A stretch of 64,000 nt of DNA from Squalus acanthias (Eukaryota). Position 1 is the first letter of the stretch. Each line of letters starts with the position of its first letter. The translations under genes were made by a program, and so were the position numbers. Shown here in pieces: positions 52,113 through 63,286 of the stretch. The notes beneath the pieces are model-generated. The model made no database searches and was not told the DNA's origin. It saw nothing but the letters and a program-made list of their open reading frames with translations. The DNA lies in assembly GCA_030390025.1 (NCBI GenBank), contig JASTWF010000326.1:62001-126000 (forward strand). The letters run 5' to 3'.

Positions 52113-52879
52113 CAAATAAAGTTTTGGCACTTCCTCACAGGGGGAGAGGGACATTCTGGGGCAGGAATCTGTTAATAGCAGGTGGCACTGGCAATTGCTT
52201 GGGAATATTCACCTACCAAACTCCCAACTGATGTATGGCATGGCATGGGGAGAGAAGGCAAGAAAGAAAGGGGCAAAAGGAGGAGAAAACAACAGAGCAA
52301 GCTTGAAAAACAAAATACTAAAACAAATAACAGTCAGATCTTAAGCAATAACAGGCATTATTGGAATATGTAAATTTGTAGAAGTTACAGAAATGGAAAG
52401 CTAAGGTTTATTGGTAAACACTGTACAAAATTAAACTGATTAAGGTTATAAACAGCAGGCTGTAGGCAGGTTTAATATTGCTTTTGCCATTGAAATATGA
52501 AGATGTTTTTGTATAAACAAACTTAACTCTGAGGCAGTTTACATTATCAACGAGCAAATACTCGATATGGTAGAAGGCCAGATCGTTCCATAAAATGCTA
52601 TTACCACTTTATGAGATTGAAAATAACTGTTTTTCTTTATTAGCCCTGTGATCTCATATCTAAAACCTAATATTTGATTAGGTTATAAAATATAAATGAC
52701 AGTTTCAAAGATGTTGCTCATAAATGATGTTATGGATATTCATGAAGCACTCCAAAACTACTACAAACACAGAAGAGAAACTATAACAGAATGTTGAGCT
52801 GCACTAAAAAGCAGATATTCAGACAGACAAGACTCAAGAGAAGCCATATATTGGACCGACTGAGACGATTTCCACACAC

Positions 52880-53345
52880 ACACACACCAGTCCTGGCCGA
52901 TCTACATTTGCTCACAGTCCATCAACGCATCAATGTGGTTGTTCTGATGAAAGGTCATGAACTTGAAACGCTAGCTCTGTTTCTCTCTCCACAGTTGCTG
53001 CTTCAGCTGCTGAGTATTTCCAGCATTTTCTGTTTTTATGACAAAATTTCCAGCATCCGCAGTATTTTGCTTTTGTATTAAAATTCTCATTGTTTTGTTT
53101 AAATCCCTCCATGGCCTCTCTCCTTCCCTATCTGTGTAACCTCCTCCAGCCACACAATCCTCCCAGACCCACTGTTCCTGTGATTCTGGCCTCTTGCAGA
53201 TCCCACCCACCCCACCCCCTACCATTGACGGCCATGTAGACAGCCTAAATCCCACACTCTGGAATTCCCTCCCTATACTTCTCTGCCTCTCGACCTACTC
53301 TCCTCCTTTAAGACGCTCCCTAAAACACACCTCGACTCAAGCTAT
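52880..53345 (+). mobile_element. L2 3' fragment with an inserted Penelope pLTR piece (~52941-53078)
   Basis: PVLADLHLL then ttaaaattctc...ccctccatggcc, split by gttctgatgaaaggtc...ctctccacag. Confidence 0.75.
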
Positions 53346-53574
53346 TGATCACCCCGTGTAGTTTCTCCTTCTTTGGATCAGCTCCTTTTCCTTTACTCCT
53401 CTGCGATACAAACACAAGTTGTTGTTCTCAAAAGCATTCAGTTGCTTGGAGCCAAGTTCAGAATAAAAATGGAAAATCAGTTTCAAATGCAAAACTGTTA
53501 CAGAAATTCCAACAAATGTTTTATCAAACTGTTTGAAGCCTCGAGAAAAGGCAGAGGAATATGGAAATAATTTA

Positions 53575-53682
53575 GAAATCAAGTCCTGTGAGCAGAAGAG
53601 ATAGAATTTCCAACAGTACTTGCATAAGATATACCAGAGGAAGCAACGAACACTGATTTCCATACAGCACAACAAAGCAGCC
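53575..53682 (-). pseudogene. Possible PKD1-like exon remnant (Cys-rich region)
   Basis: Acceptor ctctttgtcag|; GCFVVLYGNQCSLL, weakly like ANICLPL; 3' end uncertain. Confidence 0.25.
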
Positions 53683-54014
53683 CTGACAAAGAGCAATTAA
53701 ATTATTACCAATGCCCCAATGAACATTGAGCGAGTATACAAGGAATGCAAGAGAATATAATTATAAACTGCAGTACTCGAAACCTAGGTGTGAAAAACTC
53801 ACTACTCTATTTTCAATTCAACATGCTAATATCAACAATCAGGTGTCATACTTGGCTTAATGTTAGCACTCTCATCTCAGAGTCTGAAGGTCATTGAGCA
53901 CATAACCTACGCTGACACTTCAATGTAGTTCTTGTTTTAAAGTTTCTGTACTATTTACCATCATACATCTCCATGAAGCCACTTCCTTTTAAGGCTGAAA
54001 AGCTAGCTTTTTAA

Positions 54015-55000
54015 AAATTCATTCTCGGAATCTGGGTGTCACTGGCAAGGTGGTGCTGGGCTTCCCTCTTGAACCGTTGCAGTCCGTGTGGTGAAAGTGC
54101 TCCGACAGGTAGTACAAGGGTTTTAACCCAGCAGCAATGATAGAACCGCAGTATATGTCTAAATCAGGATGGTGTGTGACTAGGTGGTGATAGTGTTCCC
54201 ATGCATCTGCTGCCCTTATCCTTCTAGGTGGTGGAGGTCGCGGGTTTGGGAGGTACCATTTACAAATTTCCAATCTAAAAGCATAGTTCCAGAATCTAGA
54301 GAGCTTTGGAAAATTACTAACAAAACTGCAATTTTTTCACTTATTTCTTTTTTACTTGGGGGTGGAAACCATCAGGCACTGGAGATATGTTTATCTAAAG
54401 TCCCATGATTTTCTCCATAACCATTTCTTTCAACATATTTGTTTTGTAGTGTAGCAAATAATTCTTTGAATACTTCCCACTGTTTGTCTGCAGGTTTACT
54501 CATTAATAGTTCAGCCCAGTTCACTGTGGTCAATTTACTTCTCATCCCTTCGCAGTGTGCCTTACACTTAAAACCTTGGTTTGTGACTTTTTCGCCTCTC
54601 AAACCTAATATTAAATTCGGTCATATTATGGTCATTACTCACAAGATGTTCCCTTATCATCAGATTGCTAACTAATTCTGGTTCACTAATTACTAAATCT
54701 AGTATGGCTCGTTCCCGTGACGGTTTTTTTAACAATTTGTGCCAGAAAACTTCCCCAAATATATTCTACAATTTGTTGGCTTTATTTCTCGCATTTTTCT
54801 GCCTCTCCCAGTCTATGTGAAATAAAAATCTCCCATTATAACCACATTGTTTTTGCTATATGCTTCCCTGATCTCTGTACTTGTACATCTCCCACTACTT
54901 CCACCAGAGTCTTGCATCCTTTCTTGTCCTTTAGTTCTACGCAGTGTTTCCACTGCCGGATAAGCCTTATTAAAATCCTTTCTTTCTACTGCTGTAATTG
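54015..55000 (-). mobile_element. Degenerate LINE family B tail and CR1 APE fragments
   Basis: LPNPRPPPPRRIRAADAWEH; NVVIMGDFYF. Confidence 0.7.
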
Positions 55001-55045
55001 TGAAACATTTGATGAAACAATTCAACAGTCAGTTCTTGTTTAAAT

Positions 55046-55768
55046 GGCCCGGATTTTGCTCTCAGGGACGAAGGAACAGCTTTCGCTGTTCACATCGCGT
55101 TCAGTTGCCCGGAGGCTTTTCACGAGCTTGTCAGTGGCGATTTCTAGTAATCGGGCGTCTGATCCAGAGTGGTGCCCTCTACAGGGGATCCGTGGTGTCT
55201 GTGAGCAGGTAAGCAGCAGGGAGGCTCTTCAATCAGATTGAGGAATCCTCACTTAGACAGCAGACTGCAAACCAGGAAGAAGAAAAAAAAGCAGGAAATC
55301 CAAATGTACAGGAAGCGAAATAAAGATTGGGAAATACAGATGGGATTGAGGGAGAGAGATAAAAGAGAAACAGAAAAAGTAAAAAAAAAAGTATATTTTC
55401 TTGAGGGAATGAGACTCCACACTAAAAAAATTAATTTTTCAGGGCCAGAGAGGTTGTTCAGCAGTCATTATCATTTGTTACACAGTTAAAAACTCACTTA
55501 CTCCAGAATGCACTAGCCCTAACTTTTTCAGTCGTTTGTAGTGCAGGACTAGTGGGTAATTACCTCAAATTCACGCCATTACAATGATTTCAGTGCCAAA
55601 TCTATCGGCGAGGACTGCAACTCCCTGTGGAGGAGCAGGCTATCTCTGACAGCAACTTCTGGATTTTTGCATTTAACTGAATTTAACAGAAATTGCTGTC
55701 AGATTTACCCTCTAATAACAGTCAGCGCCGATAATCCTCGCCGTTATTATTACAGCAAAGTCCGGGCC
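55046..55768. mobile_element. PIF/Harbinger-like MITE
   Basis: TIR GGCCCGGATTTTGCT / rc GGCCCGGACTTTGCT; flanks AAT/CAT. Confidence 0.75.
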
Positions 55769-56481
55769 CATATTTCTCCCTCATCATTTTGCTGGTTAAT
55801 GCAAGGGGTGATGGTGGCAGAGAATGAAATAATTTTCCCTGCAGCTCCTGTGAACATACTATTTGAAGCTCAGTTTCAAACCCTCTAATCACAATCCCTG
55901 CCAACACCACATTAGCAGGTGATCCTTTCAGTAGTGGTTCCCAATTCCAATGAACAACTACACTAATGTGTGCAAAAGAAACCTGCAATTGTGAAATACT
56001 AGTAGTAACAAGTGCCTTTAGATCTCCACATAAACATTAAATCCCTAGGGTCCTTTTTAACTTTCATTATATAAACCCCCATCCTAAAACAGCAACAGTA
56101 AATCTTTAACATTGTTCCAACAGCTCCTTTATTGCAATTATAATGCTCAAGGTATAAAAAAAGTGCATCAATTTTTCTGTCAAATGTGCACTATTCACTC
56201 ATTCTTCAATAGATTATTCTATTGATATCATGCACTAAATTTTAGTCACGTTCCTTGCATTATTTATTGCAGCCAAGATTGATCTCACACACATTATTTT
56301 TACAAACATAGCTTAAGTTGCAAATTTCAGGATTTTAAATACCCAGGGGTCTCATTCACCACCAGAATTTTAAAACTAAATTGTTAGAAAGGGAATTTAA
56401 TTCATAAAATTCTGGTGATGTTAATTGAGAAATATTTTTTTTTAAACTGTATAAAAGAAATTAAACTGAAGAATTCATCAC

Positions 56482-56631
56482 CTTATCTGGAAGATCAAAA
56501 GGTATAAATTCTGTCGCATCTTCTTGGTGCCTACAGTCTGTGCACCAAGCTGACAGGTATACACTACTAGCATAATAAAACCCACAGCAGGAGAGATTTG
56601 TGTTGCTTTTAATTTGGAATTCACAAATGTA
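56482..56631 (-). pseudogene. PKD1-like remnant, C-type lectin end
   Basis: Open 50 codons YICEFQIK...DLPDK ending at AAG|gtgat; YICEFQ resembles PKD1 YVCELQ. Confidence 0.45.
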
Positions 56632-57606
56632 CTGCTTTCATTTCAAGGAGGAAGAAAATCAGAACTACGTCATTTTCATCACAATATCATGCACAAAAAA
56701 CTGATAATATTTTCAATTATGTTTCAACTCAAATAGCAAATATTTTATCCAAAACAAAGATTTGTCAAACCCTGTTGAATGAATACATTGGGGCTGATTT
56801 TCCTAACTTTCCCTCTCCCTCCACCAAGCACAAGTGATACAAAGCACACCTGAACATACCCGTGCTCTTGGGTTCAAGTAAATCGCACAGAGTGGGTATG
56901 CGCTGGGTGCACACATATGATTGAACGCCAGCCCACTATCAGGAGGAGGTTTGTGTGCTGCAGCAGTTTAAAAAAGACTTTGTGGTTGTTGCGGTCCTAT
57001 GTTTTATTTCTTTGTAGGTCTAATTTTTAAAGATGTTCTGTGTATTTGGACTTGATCTCATACAATAAAAAGATTTTTGCATCCATAACCTGGAGTCAGG
57101 TATTGAACTTTTTACAAAATCCAACTTACAACTTTGCATTGAACCCTCATTTGGCTGACAGCATTTGTGGAAATAAATATCGGCAAACCACAATAATGAT
57201 GGTCCATCAGTGACAGCTCATTCGGCGGAAGACCAAAGCTTAAGCAGTTGTGAATGTCACCAGAACACCAAGATTGAACTAACTACTTGTAAATGTATAC
57301 AACTAAAGCTGGTTTGTGATGCTTATCGATATTACTTAAGGCTAGACCCCTGTTTCTGAGAAACACAAACTACAGGAAAATATTACTTACATACAATAAA
57401 CTGATACCATCTTTGTGATATTATTCATCAGAAAACAGTCCAACTTCCTCAGTATTTTTCAACAGTTAAATACTTGAATAGATCACTAAAAATATCCTTC
57501 TGGTATTAACAGAATACATAATTGAGAAACTCCATGAATACCTATTTATATTTTTAAATGAGAATAACCCACATGGCTTGCTTGTGTCTTTGTTATTTCC
57601 GCTTAC

Positions 57607-57782
57607 CAATTTTCCTCATCAATGAAACATAAATAGTTTTACACACCTACTCATCCCATATACTTTATTACTGGTCATCATTTTACTGGTCATCATTAAC
57701 TATCATCCATTGTCAAAAATACTAGCTGTGTAACAACCACCAAAGCACAAATTCCTTTTTGAAACATTCAGCCTAAATGGAC
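57607..57782 (-). pseudogene. PKD1-like exon remnant, C-type lectin N-half
   Basis: Acceptor ttgttttacag|, donor TTG|gtaagc; CFGGCYT..NG** (cf. GNGHCYR..AAW); stops and a small internal duplication. Confidence 0.45.
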
Positions 57783-59939
57783 CTGTAAAACAAATAGTCT
57801 TTTAAAATGTGCAGTTACTGTTTGGAAGTACAGTAATTTCTCAATGTCAAGAACATTGTCAAACAAAAATATCAGCATTTCTGCAGGCTGCTCCCATCTT
57901 CGGAGGTCATTATTCTTAAATTGATTTTAACATTTAAGTATGCTAATGGAAATTTTTCAGTGCATCATTATTCTAATGAATGTAAAAATGGACTATGGCA
58001 GACTGACAGAAAAGCACCATTGCACTTGCAAACTCTCTTGAGACCACACAGTTTTTCTAAATAAAATACTGCCCCAAAGTGCCTTTTGTACTGGCATTCC
58101 AGCTAACAATCACAACACTGTAGTTGTGTGAGGAATCAGCTTATTTTGCATTTTCCTGCATAAAGCAGGCATTACATATAGATCTCAAAGAACCTCTGAT
58201 GAAAAACATGTTATTTCTCAAAAATATAATATCTCACTAAGTCTCAAATACATTTGTGATAAATTTTAGACAAAAACGTCAAGCCTGAAACAAAGATAAT
58301 ATTGTAGGTAAACAATTCCCCACTGCAATGGGCAATGCTGCCAGCCTCTAAAGCTCTACTTACATTTGCACTTGCAGCTCAATAAAGTATTGGAGCCTGT
58401 CGAGAAGCGGTGGCTCAGGGGAGACAGCATTCAAGATTCTTAAGAGTATAGATAAATTGAACACTGAATATATGCAAAATTGCCACAAACTCTAGATTTA
58501 GAATACACAGGCTCAAGCTGAGAACAGGGAAGGTGTACAGACAGCTTAGATTTCACTACTTTATGCAGAGGGTGGCAAACATGCACAATGGACAGTTCAG
58601 GGAGGTAAATAGTCTAGAAACATTCAAAGGAGAACCGGATAGATATTTAAGGGAATGGATAATTGAGTTGCATTCATTTTTGCGACAGGCCAGATGGACT
58701 GAATAGTGTTTTCCCCAACTTGCACTTTCCTGTGTGCACTTTTCCTCATAACTAGATAACTCTGATAGGCATAGGAAGTTGCCCTTACAACTTATCAGAA
58801 GGTGACATTACAGACAGTTGATCATATTCTCATATTTTTGTTTCTCGATAGCTGCTAAGCTGGATAGAAAGACAATTCAATACCTTCAGATGGAGAGCAA
58901 CACTGCTCCGATTTCAGAGTTATAAGAAACTATAATAAAACTCAATAGGTTTTAAATCTGAAGAGAGAAAGCCAGATTAACATTTCAACTAGAGAGGTTT
59001 CATTGAAGTTAAGGTGTTCCAAATTAATTTGGGATGGTTCAACCCAACCTTTGGAGAGTATGGTCTACAGCATAACATTGTTCCTAATTTGGCATCAATT
59101 GGCAGTCTAATTCAGAAACAAAATAGAGAGGGACAAGTAAAGGAAACTTTATTCTGCATCTAACCAGGTTATACTTGACCTGCTAGTACTCAATACTAAC
59201 GTGAGGTGTCTGAAATATGAAACAGCCCAATTCTCTAGCATAATCATTCCTCATTTTTGGAATGCCGAATTCACCAAACAATCCTCATGATTTTCACACC
59301 AGTGGAGTCAATGGTAGAGGATTTGATCTCATTATAAGAAAACCTTGAATCTCATTTAATCAGTTATCCTGATCATGCTCTAGAATACTCCCCTCAACTT
59401 TTTGCCGTATTATTTTAGTAATAAAAATATAATTTTCTTGGGAGTGGGGGGGAGGAAAGGATACTTAACTTATTGCTGTGATAATTTGCATGAAAACTTT
59501 AGCAGCCCACTGCTCATGCACAGCATACCGGAGCCGCTCATGCGCGGCCGATCCCCTTCTGCACATGCACGCTGTATACCAGAGCCGTGCATGTACAATA
59601 CACGACAGTTGCAGCCTGCACCGTGGGCCACGCATTCCTCGGCTCCGTGCGGAGTGGACTGGCCGGTGGGGGGAGAGATCAAGGATCAAAAGGGGAGAGC
59701 GGGAATTGGAGGGGGAAGAGCGAGGAGCTCAGAGGGGATGAGATGAGGTCAGGAATTTGGGGGTAACAAGCACGGAGAGCACAGTGGGGATGGGAGAAGA
59801 ACGTGATCCAGGTCTAAAGGGTGTAGGGGCGAGAACCTGATCTAGATGGGAAGACGGATCACGTTCTTCCAACCCAACCCCCTTTACACCCGCTCCACAT
59901 TCTCCCTCTCCTCCCCCTAGACCTGGTTGATTTCTCAGA

Positions 59940-60050
59940 AAGCCCGGTGCGTGGGCGGCAAGTGACATCATTGGACGGGACGAAATCCGGAAGTCATGAC
60001 ACTGTCACGATTCACTTTGTACCCAATAAACCGGTTAACAATCCGTGACC
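59940..60050. promoter_or_regulatory. CpG-rich promoter-like motif cluster
   Basis: GC box 59953-59958, TGACATCA 59963-59970, ATTGG 59970-59974, ETS CCGGAAGT 59987-59994, CCAAT 60023-60027. Confidence 0.55.
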
Positions 60051-60081
60051 CACACACAATGCCCCATCCAGAGGGAGGGGG

Positions 60082-60545
60082 AGGAAGCTCAGCGTAAGCT
60101 CGAGGAACAGCACCTCATCTTTCGTTTAGGCACGCTACAGCCCTCTGGACTCAACGTAGAGTTCAACAATTTCAGATCATAACCACGGCCCCAATCATAT
60201 ACAGTATATATATTTTATTTTTTCATTCTCCCTGAAGCTGGCAGCTGGCAGCTGTCCTTCATTTCACACTTCATCTAGCCTCAACCTGTCACATTACCAC
60301 CTCCTCTTGCCTTGAATATCTCTTAATGTCTCTCAATCTCTCCTGCCTTCTATACTACCACTGACCTTCCCTTTTGTTCTTTCATCCCCTCCCCCTTTTC
60401 CCAGCATGATACTTGCTTTAAATCTATTTAATTTCCTGCTTTTTTCCAGTTCTGACGAAGGGTCTTCGACCTGAAACGTTAACTCTGTTTCTCTCTCCAC
60501 GGATGCTGCCTGGCCTGCTGAGTTTTTCCAGCGTTTTCTGTTGTT
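60082..60545 (+). mobile_element. Penelope-like element 3' end
   Basis: EAQRKLEEQHLIFRLGTLQPSGLNVEFNNFRS* (GIY-YIG C-terminus) plus pLTR similar to 15268-15722. Confidence 0.88.
60448..60484 (+). ncRNA. Minimal type I hammerhead ribozyme motif (PLE-associated)
   Basis: AGTT-CTGACGA-A-GGGTC TTC GACCT-GAAA-CGTT-AACT: stem I, core, stem II, palindromic helix III. Confidence 0.75.
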
Positions 60546-60803
60546 ATTAAGGTCAGGAACTTGTTGGGGGAGGGAAATGGTCAGAAATTTGGGGGGGGGG
60601 GGGGGGAAGAGGAAGGTTAGGAACTTGTTGGGGGGTGGCAGGGAGAAGGTCCTAACCTGCAAGGGTGAGCCCTGTCTGTTCTCTGTGAGCTCTGTCCAGA
60701 GCCTGCAGTCAGAATGAATGGCTCGAATTACAAATTGCGAAGTACTTGATTACTTGGGCAGGCAGGATCTAATTACACATTCCAGATAAACTGCTGGGTG
60801 TGG

Positions 60804-60870
60804 CTTGTCCTCCAAGGCGACCAATCAGAAATCTGGACTTGTCCTCCAAGGCGGCCAATCAGAAATCTGG
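60804..60870 (+). repeat. 34-bp-period tandem duplication, one CCAAT box per unit
   Basis: cttgtcctccaaggcg(a/g)ccaatcagaaatctgg x2. Confidence 0.9.
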
Positions 60871-61439
60871 TGTTGCAAATAGATGTGACCGTAACTTATT
60901 ACAAGGTATCTGAATCACTGAACATTAGATCTGAATGTTCTACTTGTATGCTTTTCATCAGACTTTAATGGAGCTGCATCTTGAAAAGTGCCACTCCATA
61001 GAATAGTCTTAGGAATCTGTTCTCAAAGACTTAAAATGCTAATTATCTTTTGCAGTCATGTTCAGCTTTTTGACCCACAAGTCTGACACAACTAGATCAT
61101 TGCTCTGTCGAGGTACATTTCAGCAATCACCAAAATATATAACAATGAATGCCAAGTTAATGATGTTCTGTACTTGAGCAGGAGGTGAAGATTATCTTTG
61201 TACAGTAGGTGCAGCAAAATCATAAACCTGTTCTTTAGAAATGTGTTTGTGATTTTGCTACACATAGCACAGGAAATATTTTTAAAATCTTGTTATTCCT
61301 TAATTGCAATTTAATTTTATCAACTGTTCAGTGAAAATTTCAAACTTTGTAGTATATTAAGTCAATTATATCTTCTCCTCAACTGCAGAAACAGACATTA
61401 TAAACCTACCCTATCCTGGGAGGTTGTTATCAGACCAAC

Positions 61440-61700
61440 TTACTCTTTCTGGGGCACCAGTACCAAGGGAAACATAGAGAAATAGGCCCTATGCTTGACT
61501 GACACAAAAGTAATGCAAGATCTCTCTCTGGAATTTGTCACAGATTGATTTAATAATTTGACATTATGTAGTGCTTGATATGTAAAGGAAAATGGATATC
61601 TGATGTGCAAGCCAGCCAGCATTTTTGAACTAGGTCTTAATATATACATAAAGCAGTATGAACACTCTGTACTATAATGTAACATGAGGTAGTTGCAGTG
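61440..61700 (-). pseudogene. Possible first PKD (Ig-like) domain remnant
   Basis: FTYQALHNVKLL...FVSV...PLVLVP, weakly like H.Y..PG.Y.V...VQV...LELVCP; lies between the WSC and lectin remnants. Confidence 0.3.
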
Positions 61701-62155
61701 ACAAAAGCTAGAATAAAAACAATTATTATGGAGCAAGAAAAACCACAAAAGAGAAGCAGCTTGTAACAAATAGAAGTTATATCCACTGAAGGAAATTATC
61801 TGTTTTAGAATATATTTATGCAGCAGTGTTATTGTGAATTGCACGACAAATATGGCTGATACTACAGCAACTGTAAGGTTGCATCTATTTTCAGCATGCT
61901 GCCACTGTAATTAAATTGAGTTTAATGTACATATACTGGGTTACAAGTAAATTAGATGAATTACACTTCTGAAATTCAATGGAAATTCCACAGGAATAAA
62001 TTGCTGCAAATAAAGCACATTTATTAACATTACAGAGTACCAGTGCTGAAACAAGGAAAACAGAATCATTTTACTCATTAAAAAAGGAACATGGATATAA
62101 TTTTTGTGTTCAATTATGTGACCAATTATGAATTATAGCTCATTTGAATTTCTCA

Positions 62156-62347
62156 TTACAGAACATCAACAATTAATGGGCTGCCAGCACGAATGTTTTC
62201 TACTCCATCAGTTTCTAAAAGCTGTGAACAAGCAGTTTCCTGGTTAGTCGATAAAAGGATCGAGCTAAACCAGCTGTCTACCTGTTCAGAACAAATACAA
62301 GTGTGATAAGGACAAGCCAAGTATTCATTCACCATTATTTCTCCCAA
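62156..62347 (-). pseudogene. PKD1-like exon remnant, WSC domain start
   Basis: NEYLAC...SWFSS...ETACSQLL resembles PKD1 EEYVAC...VSFSA...PEACSAFC. Confidence 0.5.
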
Positions 62348-62459
62348 GTCAGGTCGTGTGCTACTTCATCTAAAATTCACATCAAAAAGGTCATAATCTA
62401 GGCTGTGGGTAGAACTGGAGATGTGTTAAATGTTAGACTGCCAAATCGTATGTCCATGC

Positions 62460-62629
62460 TTCTGGGGCAGTTAGAATTTAACTGGGGCAAGTGGTTATTT
62501 TTTGGTGCCTTTCTTGGAACAGGTAAGCTTCCAAATATTTCAACACCTGCAACATTAGCATTGGAGATTGACATAGTATAGTTAATCAGCCAAAACGAGA
62601 GATAAAAAGAACAGGACAGTGAAATCATA
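62460..62629 (-). pseudogene. PKD1-like exon remnant, LRR C-terminal cap
   Basis: Acceptor ctgccttctag| at 62630; SLSCSFYLSFWLINYTMSISNANVA...LPQLNSNC resembles PKD1 FECDCGLAWLPRWAEEQQVRVV...IPLLDSGC. Confidence 0.45.
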
Positions 62630-62784
62630 CTAGAAGGCAGAATGTCAGAGCTTATTATTAATTTATATGGTTCTGAACTGCTCACATAAGTATTTCTGAT
62701 GTACAGTTAACACTCAACAATACACTAGGTACCAAAATTGGCTCTGACCTGAAGCCAAACAATGGTAAGCAACTCAAACATAAA

Positions 62785-63010
62785 ACTATAAACGTTTACA
62801 GCACAGGAGGTAATTCGTCCCCTTGTGTCTGTGCCAGTGCTTTGCCAGCACAATCCAAAACTAATCCCACTGCCTTACTCCCTTTCCATAGCCATTAATC
62901 TTCCACTGCTTCAAATATTTATCCAGATTTCCCTTAAAAGATGCAATGGTCTCAACCACTCTGTGACAAAGCATTCCATGCACTAACAATTGTCTTTGTA
63001 AAGAAATGTC
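62785..63010 (-). mobile_element. CR1 3' end fragment
   Basis: VVETIASFKGNLDKYL...GYG...QWD. Confidence 0.75.
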
Positions 63011-63286
63011 TCCTAATCTCTCAAGGATAAATTTAATACCAGGGTTATTGAAAACAAAAGCTACAGTGAAGACCACTTAAAGTCAATTTAAGAATATTAT
63101 TTAACTGCGAGACCACTGAAGGTTAATTCCCCCATTTTCTTTCTCATCCGCAGTAATTATAGCTAGGCCAATGATGCTGACAGCTAAATTAGACAGTGAC
63201 TGAGGAGCTGGGAGTAAAACTCTGGTGCCCACTATACATATTGATGGGGCAGCTTGAGCAGACTTTTACTCTTCACCTGAGCATAT

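Larger units (their letters stand above)
1..62629 (-). pseudogene. Probable multi-exon pseudogene of a polycystin-1 (PKD1)-like gene; extends beyond both window ends
   Basis: Collinear minus-strand exon remnants, many with AG/GT splice sites, whose motifs match recalled PKD1 order: LRRCT (~62.5k), WSC (~62.2k), PKD (~61.5k), C-type lectin (57.7k, 56.6k), 53.6k, 50.8k, 37.2k, 35.7k, REJ (31.3k, 19.8k, 19.2k, 14.8k, 13.6k, 5.3k, 0.2k). Several in-frame stops and frameshifts. Judged by eye, no alignment run. Confidence 0.6.

Noticed and set aside
19129..53682. CatSper auxiliary subunit identity for the minus-strand exons (YGNQ, DFS..IEK, YCTKT)
   Set aside because: Short matches are not collinear with any one subunit; the PKD1 order explains more segments.
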